A DNA stretch of 64,000 nucleotides from assembly GCA_950097015.1 (NCBI GenBank), contig CATNEN010000033.1, forward strand, positions 806,001 to 870,000. Direction: 5' to 3'. Both the position numbers and the translations under genes were made by a program. The notes below the pieces were generated by a model that had not been told where the DNA came from, ran no database searches, and worked only from the letters and a program-made list of their open reading frames with translations. The stretch is from Macrostomum hystrix. Lineage: Eukaryota > Animalia > Platyhelminthes. This document shows, in pieces, positions 24,946-36,578 of the stretch (positions within the stretch are counted from its first letter, which is position 1; each line of letters starts with the position of its first letter).

Positions 24946-25705
24946 AGCCCTTCACTCAAATTCACTCTCGGATTCCTTAGATATCCCTGAAGAGCCTTCT
25001 ATTCTCTAAAAGCTCATAGCCAGCATCAAAGCCACTCCTTTAACAGAGAAATTCTGAAGAGATTTGAAAATTAAATAAACCATGAATAAATTAAGAAACT
25101 AATGGGCCATTTCGCTGACCCCGAAACAGCACAATGCCCCGCTCTGTGAGTAGGCTACCATCTCATCGTCAACTGCCCCACCCCCTCCACTAACAGCCAT
25201 GCCCCAATGCATCTCTGGTATTTTTGTTTTGTTCTTATTTAAACTCTGAGACATTAAGGTAATGCAATGATTGTGTTGGCGGGCTGCCGTGTTTAAGCTT
25301 GAGTTACGGCCCCAAAAAGTCTGAGACAATATTTAGACAATGGTAGCAGGAGCAGAAGCCAAGCTTTTATGCAGGCTGCTTTCATAGTTTAGCAGCTATG
25401 CGCTCTGCCTAATTCTCTGACCAATGCAAACCATGGGCAGGAGAAGTCATTACCTCTACTTTCGTCTCTCTTTGACTTTGAGTAGGAGTTATCTAGAAGA
25501 ATTCTTATTAATAAACAAGACGACCTCCGAATTAGCGTTGGTTAAACAAACTGTATTTTCATTTTCTTAGAAATGCTTTGAAATTTAAATAAGAAGATAA
25601 ATACAGCTAGATTGATAACAAACCTTGCTTCAGGCATTGTCTAACAAGATGACAAGTTTAGACAGCGCTAACTCGCGTACTGAAAACATAAAATGCTATT
25701 GCTTC

Positions 25706-26545
25706 TGATCCTTCAGTGGGTCGCCGATTCTCTTCTAATCCTTCAGTGGGTCGTCGATTCTCTTCTGATCCTTCAGTGGGTCGCCGATTCTCTTCTGATC
25801 CTTCAGTGGGTCGCCGATTCTCTTCTGATCCTTGGGTGGGTCGCCGATTCTCTTCTGATCCTTCAGTGGGTCGCCGATTCTCTTCTGATCCTTCAGTGGG
25901 TCGCCGATTCTCTTCTGATCCTTCAGTGGGTCGCCGATTCTCTTCTGATCCTTGGGTGGGTCGCCGATTCTCTTCTGATCCTTCAGTGGGTCGCCGATTC
26001 TCTTCTGATCCTTCAGTGGGTCACCGATTCTCTTCTGATCCTTGGGTGGGTCGCCGATTCTCTTCTGATCCTTCAGTGGGTCGCCGATTCTCTTCTGATC
26101 CTTCAGTGGGTCGCCGATTCTCTTCTGATCCTTCAGTGGGTCGCCGATTCTCTTCTGATCCCTCGGTGGGTCGCCGATTCTCTTCTGATCCTTCAGTGGG
26201 TCACCGATTCTCTTCTGATCCTTCAGTGGGTCGCCGATTCTCTTCTGATCCCTCGGTGGGTCGCCGATTCTCTTCTGATCCTTCAGTGGGTCGCCGATTC
26301 TCTTCTGATCCTTCAGTGGGTCACCGATTCTCTTCTGATCCTTGGGTGGGTCGCCGATTCTCTTATGATCCCTCGGTGGGTCGCCGATTCTCTTCTGATC
26401 CCTCGGTGGGTCGCCGATTCTCTTCTGATCCCTCGGTGGGTCGCCGATTCTCTTCTGATCCCTCGGTGGGTCGCCGATTCTCTTCTGATCCCTCGGTGGG
26501 TCGCCGATTCTTTTCTGATTTTTGGGTGGGTCGCCGATTCTCTTC
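25706..26545. repeat. 30-bp minisatellite (GATCCTTCAGTGGGTCGCCGATTCTCTTCT)
   Basis: Read directly; explains three overlapping repeat ORFs. Confidence 0.95.
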
Positions 26546-27037
26546 AAAATCTGCTGTTAATTTCAATCGGATATTTATTTGTTTTTGTCACTTAAACGTT
26601 TTTAAATTTCGGAATGCAGTAACTTCTATTGATAATTAATACTGAGCGCAATATATGCTAATCAGTAGCATGCTCTGAACATGTCTTCATCAATTTCAAA
26701 TGCTCGATACGGGCTTCTAGGATCGGTGAGTAGGAGACAGGTGCACTGAAAATTTGGCTCAGCGATCATTTGCACTGGCAGTCTTGACTCGTATCGTCAT
26801 CTCCCCCGCGCTAGTTTTTTGTTATATAACTAAATTTTTTTCCAAAAAATGTATTTTTTATGGTTCCCTTATTGCCAGACACGCCCTCTTGACAGCACAT
26901 TTTGATTATAGCTTTTTATTTTCGAAGGAAAAATATCACATTTTCCTGGCATTCAATGTCTGAAGACTTGAAAAAACACGAAGAGAGACTAAATGCACTT
27001 GTCTGCTCAAACTTTTGAGCATTCGATTTGCTAGTGT

Positions 27038-27612
27038 CAGTGGACAGATCTCAGTGGACAGATCTCAGTAAACAGATCTCAGTGGACAGATCTCAGTAAA
27101 CAGATCTCAGTGGACAGATCTCAGTAAACAGATCTCAGTGGACAGATCTCAGTAAACAGATCTCAGTGGACAGATCTCAGTAAACAGATCTCAGTGGACA
27201 GATCTCAGTGGACAGATCTGAGAGGAAAGATCTCAGTAGACAGTTTCAGAGGACAGATCTCAGTGGACAGATCTCAGTGGACAGATCTGAGAGGAAAGAT
27301 CTCAGTGGACAGATCTCAGAGGACAGATCTCAGTGGACAAATCTCAGTGGACAGATCTCAGTAAACAGATCTCAGTGGACAGATCTCAGTGGACAGATCT
27401 CAGTGGACAGATCTGAGAGGAAAGATCTCAGTAGACAGTTTCAGAGGACAGATCTCAGTGGACAGATCTCAGTGGACAGATCTGAGAGGAAAGATCTCAG
27501 TGGACAGATCTCAGAGGACAGATCTCAGTGGACAGATCTCAGTGGACAGATCTCAGTAGATAGGTCTCAGTTGAGAGATCTTAGAGGACAGATCTCAGTG
27601 GACAGATTTCAG
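27038..27612. repeat. 14-bp minisatellite (CAGATCTCAGTGGA)
   Basis: Read directly. Confidence 0.93.
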
Positions 27613-28271
27613 TGCACACGAGTGAATACTTAATGATTCAATCAAGATAAAGCACTTAATTATGAGTTGCACTTTAGGCGAGTGAGACAGCAATTGGATG
27701 CACTCTCAACTTTCTCTTTGCCAGCAAGCAGCCGTGATTGCCACATTGCAAAGAATTGTTCACAGCGATGAAGCTGGGAAATGCGAGGCAAAGCAAAATA
27801 AGGCAGCTGATTATATACAAAAGAAGAAATTCAAAGTATTGCTTCCGCGTTGCTGCAGCTCGTCTAATTAAAGGCCAATTTTCGTGGGCGCTACTCAATT
27901 CTGCTGAATATGGCTGGGGTCAGAGAGGGGAGATGTTGGACGGCCTAACAATTTGAGCCTCTCCCTAATGCTCAAATCCTCAAAATCGGTGCGTGTCCTC
28001 TTCTCAGCAAAAAGCCCTGGCCTAGTCGGGTAGAGAGGATGAGAAATTTGGGAACTGGACAAAAAATCGCCAGTTAGTCTCGGCTGCTCATTAGCCAAGG
28101 TCGGGGAAAGATGCGATGAGCAGAAGAAGCGATTACTTCGTGTTTCTTACCTGAGCTGTCTTTACGTTGAATAGGAAACGTTTCAATTCATTAGTTCCTT
28201 TGAGAAGAAAAATTTTTTTTTGTTATCTATTCTATGCGCAAATTCGTTCCACGAATACGATTCCAATCGAT

Positions 28272-29930
28272 CCCTTTTGTCTATGGTCTAAATTGGATCT
28301 AGTTTCCTGTTGTCTATGGTCTAAATTGGATCTAATTCCCAGTTGTCTATGGTCTAAATTGGATCTAGTTCGCAGTTGTCTATGGTCTAAATTGGATCTA
28401 CTTCCCAGTTGTCTATGGTCTAAATTGGATCTAGTTTCCTGTTGTCTGTGGTCTTAATTGGATCTAGTTCCCTGTTGTCTGTGGTCTGAATTGGATCTAG
28501 TTTCCTGTTGTCTATGGTCTAAATTGGATCTAGTTCCCTGTTGTCTGTGGTCTGAATTGGATCTAGTTTCCTGTTGTCTATGGTCTAAATTGGATATAGT
28601 TCCCTGTTGTCTATGGTCTAAATTGGATCTAATTCCCTGTTGTCTATGGTCTAAATTGGATCTAGTTTCCTGTTGTCTATAGTCTAAATTGGATATAGTT
28701 CCCTGTTGTCTATGGTCTTAATTGGATCTAGTTTCCTGTTGTCTATAGTCTAAATTGGATATAGTTTCCCTGTTGTCTATGGTCTAAATTGGATCTAGTT
28801 TCCTGTTGTCTATAGTCTAAATTGGATATAGTTCCCTGTTGTCTATGGTCTAAATTGGATCTAGTTTCCTGTTGTCTGTGGTTTCAATTGGATCTAGTTT
28901 CCTGTTGTCTATAGTCTAAATTGGATCTAGTTTCCTGTTGTCTATGGTTTCAATTGGATCTAGTTTCCTGTTGTCTATGGTCTAAATTGGATCTAGTTTC
29001 CTGTTGTCTGTGGTTTCAATTGGATCTAGTTTCCTGTTGTCTGTGGTCTAAATTGGATCTAGTTCCCTGTTGTCTGTGGTCTGAATTGGATCTAGTTTCC
29101 TGTTGTCTATGGTCTAAATTGGATATAGTTCCCTGTTGTCTATGGTCTAAATTGGATCTAATTCCCTGTTGTCTATGGTCTAAATTGGATCTAGTTTCCT
29201 GTTGTCTATAGTCTAAATTGGATATATTTCCCTGTTGTCTATGGTCTTAATTGGATCTAGTTTCCTGTTGTCTATAGTCTAAATTGGATATAGTTCCCTG
29301 TTGTCTATGGTCTAAATTGGATCTAGTTTCCTGTTGTCTGTGGTTTCAATTGGATCTAGTTTCCTGTTGTCTGTGGTTTCAATTGGATCTAGTTTCCTGT
29401 TGTCTGTGGTCTAAATTGGATCTAGTTCCCTGTTGTCTGTGGTCTGAATTGGATCTAGTTTCCTGTTGTCTATGGTCTAAATTGGATATAGTTCCCTGTT
29501 GTCTATGGTCTAAATTGGATCTAATTCCCTGTTGTCTATGGTCTAAATTGGATCTAGTTTCCTGTTGTCTATAGTCTAAATTGGATATATTTCCCTGTTG
29601 TCTATGGTCTTAATTGGATCTAGTTTCCTGTTGTCTGTGGTTTCAATTGGATCTAGTTTCCTGTTGTCTGTGGTTTTAATTGGATCTAGTTCCCTGTTAT
29701 CTATGGTTGCAAAATCTGAATTAGTCTAGTTCCCTCTTTTCTGTGGCTTGAATTGATCTAATTCCCTATTATGTATGGTCTGAATTGGATCTGTTTCCTT
29801 TTTGTCTATGGTCTGAATTGGATCTGTTTCCTTTTTGTCTATGGTCTGATTGATCGAGTTCCATCTTCTCTACAGCTGCATTTGATCTAGCTCGTAGTTC
29901 CATTTTGTCTATGGTCTGAATAGGATCTAG
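28272..29930. repeat. 33-bp minisatellite (GTCTATGGTCTAAATTGGATCTAGTTTCCTGTT) with a 363-bp (11-unit) higher-order duplication
   Basis: Read directly; ORF-track segments 28921-29211 and 29284-29574 are near-identical at an offset of 363. Confidence 0.93.
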
Positions 29931-30779
29931 CTCTCTTATCGAGTCCTGTTTAGTTTTCTTATTTTACAAATTTTAAGTTCTGGATTTGGATTGGCTTCGG
30001 ATTTTTTAGTTCAGAATTCCGCTGCGTCGCTAAATACAGACCCTGATTATCCGCTTATAATTTGGATTAGACTTTATACGCAATCCCCATTATGGGTATT
30101 CAATAGCTGAGTAGTGGGACAGCGGAGCTTATCAAGCAGTGTCGAGTTGCTTAATCAAGCCCACTACTTACTCACTCACTCTCTTTGTACTGAGCAGTCA
30201 AATGGGTCTCTTCTAACTGACAAGATCGCATCCCGTTGAGGCAAAGCTTAATCAGGAAACAGAAAATTATATTCGAAACGAGGGTATCAGGTTGCAGGGA
30301 AGGATAATGGGGAGAGGAAACCATACTAATAGAGATACGGAGGGCAATGAATATGTCAAGCTAGGCTGGGCAAAAAAATAATTCAGCTTCTAGGCCACAG
30401 TGCAGAGAAGGAGGCGGCAGCGCCGACACAAAGGCAGACTGCTGGAGCATCAAAACTCAAGGATGGGTATAGAAATCGATTGGCTGCTGAGAAGGGCTGC
30501 TGCTGCTGAATTTTTTTCTAAAGACAACTCAAGACCTTAAGACAATCTAACACACAATACCATTTTTGGACGGGTCCAAAAGCGAAACTAGAAAGTTCAT
30601 TCTATTGTCCCTCATACCATATTAGCGAATTTCATGACGGATTTTTTGTCGCCTTAAATTTCCTAGGAGCAAGTAGGCTTTTGCATTTGCTTACTAGGCT
30701 CATTAACGTTTATTAAACTTTTAGAGCACCTTAAGTGTTCTTAGTGGCGTCACTTTATATATCACAATACCAATAAACA

Positions 30780-31020
30780 ATTGACGTCAGTTTCTATATT
30801 TAGAATTCGAGTGCACAATTGATGTCAGTTTCTATATTTAGAATGCGCGTGCACAAGTGATGTCAGTTTCTATATTTAGAATGCGCGTGCACAAGTGATG
30901 TCAGTTTCTATATTTTGAATGCGCGTGCACAAGTGATGTCAGTTTCTATATTTTGAATTCGAGTGCACAAGTGATGTCAGTTTCTATATTTAGAATGCCG
31001 ATTCCGCTTCTATATTTAGA
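30780..31020. repeat. 38-bp tandem repeat (GATGTCAGTTTCTATATTTAGAATGCGCGTGCACAAGT), ~6 units
   Basis: Read directly. Confidence 0.9.
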
Positions 31021-31121
31021 AAAGTTTGTGTCTGAAATATTTTTTTCTACAAAAATCTTTTTTCTTGTTGCGAAAAAGCTACAACTAGACTAAAAATAGA
31101 CACGCGCAGTCTTTAACCCAC

Positions 31122-31326
31122 CTGTGCGTGACAGGAAGTGTTCGTTGACGAATCGAAGGCGGAGTATTTCCTGCTTAATACTCCTCTGGCCCATCTCATT
31201 TTGTCTGGCGAAATGTAGCCAGCTCAGTCGGAGTTCCCTTTCTTTGTCTCGCGCACTTTCTTCAAAGCAGAGAGCTGTCAATCGGTTTATCGAAGCTGCT
31301 AAATGTGTTGACTCTGGCAGGTCCCG
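31122..31326 (-). CDS. Candidate orphan coding exon (RDLPESTHLAASINRLTALCFEES...NEHFLSRT)
   Basis: Pyrimidine-rich acceptor CTTTCCCTTTTTGTAG and donor CAG|GTGGGT bracket an open 205-nt frame; no partner exons or homology identified. Confidence 0.3.
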
Positions 31327-31929
31327 CTACAAAAAGGGAAAGTGCCTGGAAAAGCCAGGCCTCATCACGTACACGCTGCAGCCATCTGAAAATTCCTTCC
31401 TCCTAAAAGCAATACTTGCTCCGAGGAATAAACAGAAAGCAAAGAAGAAGTCTGTTCATACCGCGTCAATATCGATTTGGAAAGCAAGCATTAGAAGTAA
31501 GCCTGATAAATATAATGTATGCATAGTAACACAGTTCAGTCTCTGACACATGAAAATGTGTATATTTACTCTTTTAGTGTAACACAGTAACACAGTGCTG
31601 CTGCAAAGTACTGATTAGCGAGTAGGCAAAAATAAAATATAGGCGAGATGGGGAGATGTGACGGTGGGGAGCAGCGGACGACAAATTCATCGATGTCATT
31701 TCCGTAGAATTTTCCAATTAAAACAAATACAACGAATTTAGATTTTTGCCAGCATCACAATTTGATTGATTGATAATTAATTCGCCAGCTCTAACTAACA
31801 ATTGGCAGATAGACAGCGTTTAAAGATTTGCTACAAGAATACAGATGACAAAATAATAGTATTAGATGGGACTGTAATGGATTGTGAACTAAATCGGTTA
31901 CATTCCTGGGGCTACAAGAGTTGGGGGAG

Positions 31930-32165
31930 ACGAGAGGATATGAGGGTAGAGGGTACCAGGAGAGGAGAGGGTAGGAGGAGAGGAGAGGAGAGGAGGAGAG
32001 GGTAAGAGGAGAGGAGAGGAGGAGAGGGTAGGAGGAGAGGAGATGGTAGGAGGAGAGGGTAGGAGGAGAGGGTAGGAGGAGAGGGTAGGAGGAGAGGGTA
32101 GGAAGAGAGGAGAGGGTAGGAGGAGAGGGTAGGAGGAGAGGAGATGGTAGGAGGAGATGGGAGAG
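31930..32165. repeat. Purine-rich simple repeat (GGAGAGGGTAGGA-like)
   Basis: Read directly. Confidence 0.9.
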
Positions 32166-33039
32166 GAACAGATACAGAAGGGAGAGTAGAGACTGTTAAA
32201 AGTGAAGGCTTGGGGCTGGGGGAACACTAGAATGTTGCCAGTCAGTTGCATAGCTGTTGCCAGTGAGGGAAACGGAAAAAGCACAGCGGATTCCGTAGTA
32301 CAAAAGAAGTATATCTTGCAGAAAAGGCAAACTTACTAGAAAAGCATGACGGTGACACACAACGAAGCATAGTGGAGGTAGCGATAGAGGTTCCCAACTC
32401 AATCAATTAGCGAGAGACAATAACATTAAATAGGACCGATTCTTGGGCATAATCTGCAACAACAAGAGTGAGATCTGGGACGGAACGACAGACTTCAGCC
32501 TCTGTAAGTAGTACTCGTAGGACGGTGCGGGCCGATCACGGAAATTTACAGAAAATATACAAAAGACATCGAATGTGAAACTATTGGCTAGTTATCTTGG
32601 GGTGACTGAATGGAAAATAGGTAAAAAACTAATTTTCTCTTTGATCTGCCGACTGCTCGAATTGAAACGCTGCTGCGCCTAAATAGCATACTCGACAATG
32701 AGCACTTTGGAGCTCTTGGCTAATAAAATAGCGTCTGCGTCTTGTTTTGCCTCACTGAATCAAAGTACCTTTAGAAATAAAACTTGTGTTAAGTCGTTGC
32801 CTACAATAGATTTTGTAACTTCATTTCTTTTAGGTAACTTTGATTTCAACCGAAGGCTAACAAAGACAAGAAAGTTGAAAATTAAAACAAAATCTATTTA
32901 AGAAATGGCTAGCATTTTGAGCAGAACAAAGAGGGACAATAGGACGGTAATCGAAATCCAGCTTGGTCGAAATTTGCGAAACTTTCAGAAACTTTCAAAT
33001 AACTCGTAGCAACAGACTTTTGAACAATGAGCATATATA

Positions 33040-33400
33040 GAAGAGGAGCGAAAGGAGAAGCGAGACGAGAGACAAGAGAGGGGAGAGGACAATGGAGCGA
33101 TAAAAGAGAGGAGGGAGGAAAGACATGAGAGGGGAGAGAGGAGAGGAGAATGGGTAGAGAGGAGAGAGGAGAGAGGAGAGATAAGAGTGGAGAGAGGAGA
33201 GGAGAATGGGTAGAGAGGAGAGAGGAGAGAGGAGAGATAAGAGTGGAGAGAGGAGAGGAGAGATAGAGTGGAGAGAGGAGAGGAGAGAGGAGAGAGGAGA
33301 GAGGAGAGAGGAGAGAGGAGAGAGGAGAGTGGAGAGTGGAGAGGAGAATGGTGAGAGAGGAGAGAGGAGAGGAGAATGGGGAGAGAGGAGAGATATGTAG
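33040..33400. repeat. Purine-rich simple repeat (GAGAGGA-like)
   Basis: Read directly. Confidence 0.9.
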
Positions 33401-33930
33401 AAGGGGAGCAAAATTGCTCCAAAAAAGTTTCCTGGACGGAGCAGGTGGAATGTAAAATTATGTGTCAGTGTAGAAAAGTGAACAACGCAAGCGCTTCAGT
33501 GAGTAGGTTAGCGGACGGAACAGGAAAACAAGTTTTTGGACGGTAGTGAGCTTCTGCAAAATGGTTGTGTGCAAAACTATAGGTAGCAAAATTAGTTTCC
33601 AAGAAAAACGGCGCGTTGCAAATTTTAAGCACAGCGCGAATGAGCCAAGGAAAAACACTGCTGAAAATGTGCGAGCCGATAATAGACAAGCAGCGCTTCT
33701 TCTAGAAGACTGCTTCTTTTAGTTACAGCAAAAATGAGCAAATTTGTGGTGGGAAGGGCATGGCTGCTAGTATTTGGTTATCAATGAAATTCACGATTGA
33801 AAGACTGACGCGGCGACGCAGGGCTGAGGAATTAACGACACGGAAAGGTGGAAAAGAAATTCAATATTTTGTTTGGCAACGGAAGCACCAACCGAGAATT
33901 GGGGAAATTGGTGAGAGATGAAGCAGAGGG

Positions 33931-34194
33931 TCAGTGTCGATCTCGGGAGTCAAGTCTTGCTGCTGCTGCTGCTGCTGCTGCTGCAGGCGGAGGTCGTGGC
34001 GGAAGTCCGTTGGCCCGGCCGAAACGATTCAGCCAAGCCCTGTGCTGCGCAAGCTTGTCCTCTGTGCTGCCAGAAGATGACTGTTGCTGCTGCTGCTGCT
34101 GCTGCTGCGCCAATCGAATCGCCGACGTCGGCAACGGCTGGGACACTGGAGAGGCCGCCGACGATGAAGTAGAGACCGAAGGCGACGCGGAGCC

Positions 34195-34242
<48 letters not shown>

Positions 34243-36511
34243 ATGCTGAAGAAGCTGCTGACTGCCGCCAACACCGTTCGGCAGCGAGGACTTCCGGTCC
34301 AGCAGCTGGCGAAGCGGCGCGGCTGGCGGCGCGGCTGCGCCAACCTTGCGCCAGTCGATGTGGTGCCGCGGCTGGCGCACGTACGGATTGTTGCCGCCGA
34401 CCGGCGGAGGCGGCGGTCGGAGCGGCGGCTGCTGCTGCTGCTGCTGTTGCTGCTGATAGAGGTGTTGAGAATGGCCGAGTTGTTGGGACGGAGCTGGTGG
34501 CTGCGGCCGGTAGAGAAGGCCGGAGAGTCTGCCCAGGTCACTGTTCAGACGGCTCAACGAGCTTGCCACCGCGCCGTTGAGGCTGCCGTTGCGTAGGCCG
34601 CCACCGCCGACGCTACCGCCGCCGATGACACTGCCGCCACCGCGACTGCCGCCGCTGGCGCCGACAACTCCGGCTACTCGATCGCTGCAGGAGGAATTTT
34701 AAAGAACAGAGGTTCGAATTAGTTATGGATTGTTTGACCTGTTAGACAGGATTATAACCTGTTAGACATGATTATAACCTGTTAGACAGGATTATAACCT
34801 GTTAGACAGGATTTTAACCTGTTAGACATGATTATAACCTGTTAGACAGGATTATAACCTGTTAGACAGGATTATAACCTGTTAGACAGGATTATAACCT
34901 GTTAGACAGGATTATAACCTGTTAGACAGGATTATAACCTGTTAGACATGATTATAACCTGTTAGACAGGATTATAACCTGTTAGACAGGATTATAACCT
35001 GTTAGACAGGATTATAACCTGTTAGACAGGATTATAACCTGTTAGACAGGATTTCAGCAGTGTTTTCAACAGGATTATAACCTGTTTGTCAGGAATATTC
35101 CGTTAAGAAGGACCATAGAAACGAAGCCGAGGCGTTGTTCCGGGGACGAGGAAGCAAAGACCTAGTCACTGCTCATTGTTGACCGATCTCAGTAGAAACA
35201 TAGCAGCATTGTACTTCTGTACCCATTCTTCCCCGAGTGTACATAAAAGTATTTTGTCCTTAGGCCTAGAGGTCTGTCTCTCCCTTTCTTCTCTGTCTAA
35301 CGAACTGCAAGCTCAATGGGAAAATGAACTAAGTCAAAGAAACTGTTGGGGGGGGGGAGAGACAGAGAGACTGGGGTGGGACCGGGACAGACTGGGAGAA
35401 ACTGCCTAAGGTGGCGGTAGCCGGGAGCAGCAATGAAGGAAGAGAATGCAGTGTGTGGGTGTGTGAGTGTGAGTGAGTGTGTGAATGAGTGTGTGAGTGT
35501 GTGAGTGGGAGTGAGTGTGAGTGAGTGTGTGAGTGTGTGAGTGAGTGTGAGTCAGTGTGTGAGTGTGTGAGTGTGTGAGTGAGTGAGTGTGAGTGAGTGT
35601 GAGTGAGTGTGAGTGGAGTTAAGTGCAGAAATGCAGTGCAACGCAGTCCTAGACCATAAAGCCATGTGGGAGTGAGTGGGCGTTTCGGATTTGGCAGGAT
35701 TATTGTTACCTTTATAGTCCCTAGCCAGCAGCAGCAGCAGCAGCAGCTAGTGGCGGCATTGTCCACAATATGGGACAGGGACATTTTCGTGCACTAAACT
35801 GGTTGGCAAGGGATTTTCCTGCAGCTTGGAAGGGAGAGAAAATAAGATGACGGTGGAGCTGAGGTAGGGCACAGAAAACACAGACTGCAAACGCTGCAGC
35901 ATCAGCAGCAGCGGCAGCAGCAGCAGCAGCGGCGGCAGCAGCCGACCCTCCGTAATTGCCTCTCACAACAATGCGGTACACAAGCCAACCGGCAGCAGCT
36001 TCAATGGCGCAGCTATTAGAGAGGCCTTCTCATTGTTAAACCAACTCCGCAGCCCAGCCTGGCAACTCAGCCAGCATTGCAAAATTCCACTTCATTGCCT
36101 TCATGGCGCTGAGCAATGACCTCTGGCCTCCGCTTCTAGTTTCTATTGCAATGCGAATATACTCTTGCTTTCAATCACTGCTGCTGCTGCTGCTGCTGCT
36201 TGCTTGCAATCAACAATCAAAATAAATTAAAACGAAAAAATGTTTCAAATCAGCAACAGCGTATTTTAGTGACGGTTCGCGATCAGTGCCATCCCGACAA
36301 GCGCTCTGCAATCATTCACCTCCGCCGAAATTTCTGCTTCCCAAAAATACACAGCAATGCCATTGTCAAATCAAATAGATTTTCATTCGTTTTTTTCCTA
36401 AAAATTCTCACGCACAGCAGTTGAGCAGTCTAAATTTATATAGACAGCACCTGGAATGACAACAAAAGGTAGACAGGAAGACAGGCGAGAGAAGATGCTC
36501 CATGAAATTGA

Positions 36512-36578
<67 letters not shown>

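Noticed and set aside
25693-26639. Three ~300-aa ORFs on both strands
   Set aside because: Products of a stop-free 30-bp unit.
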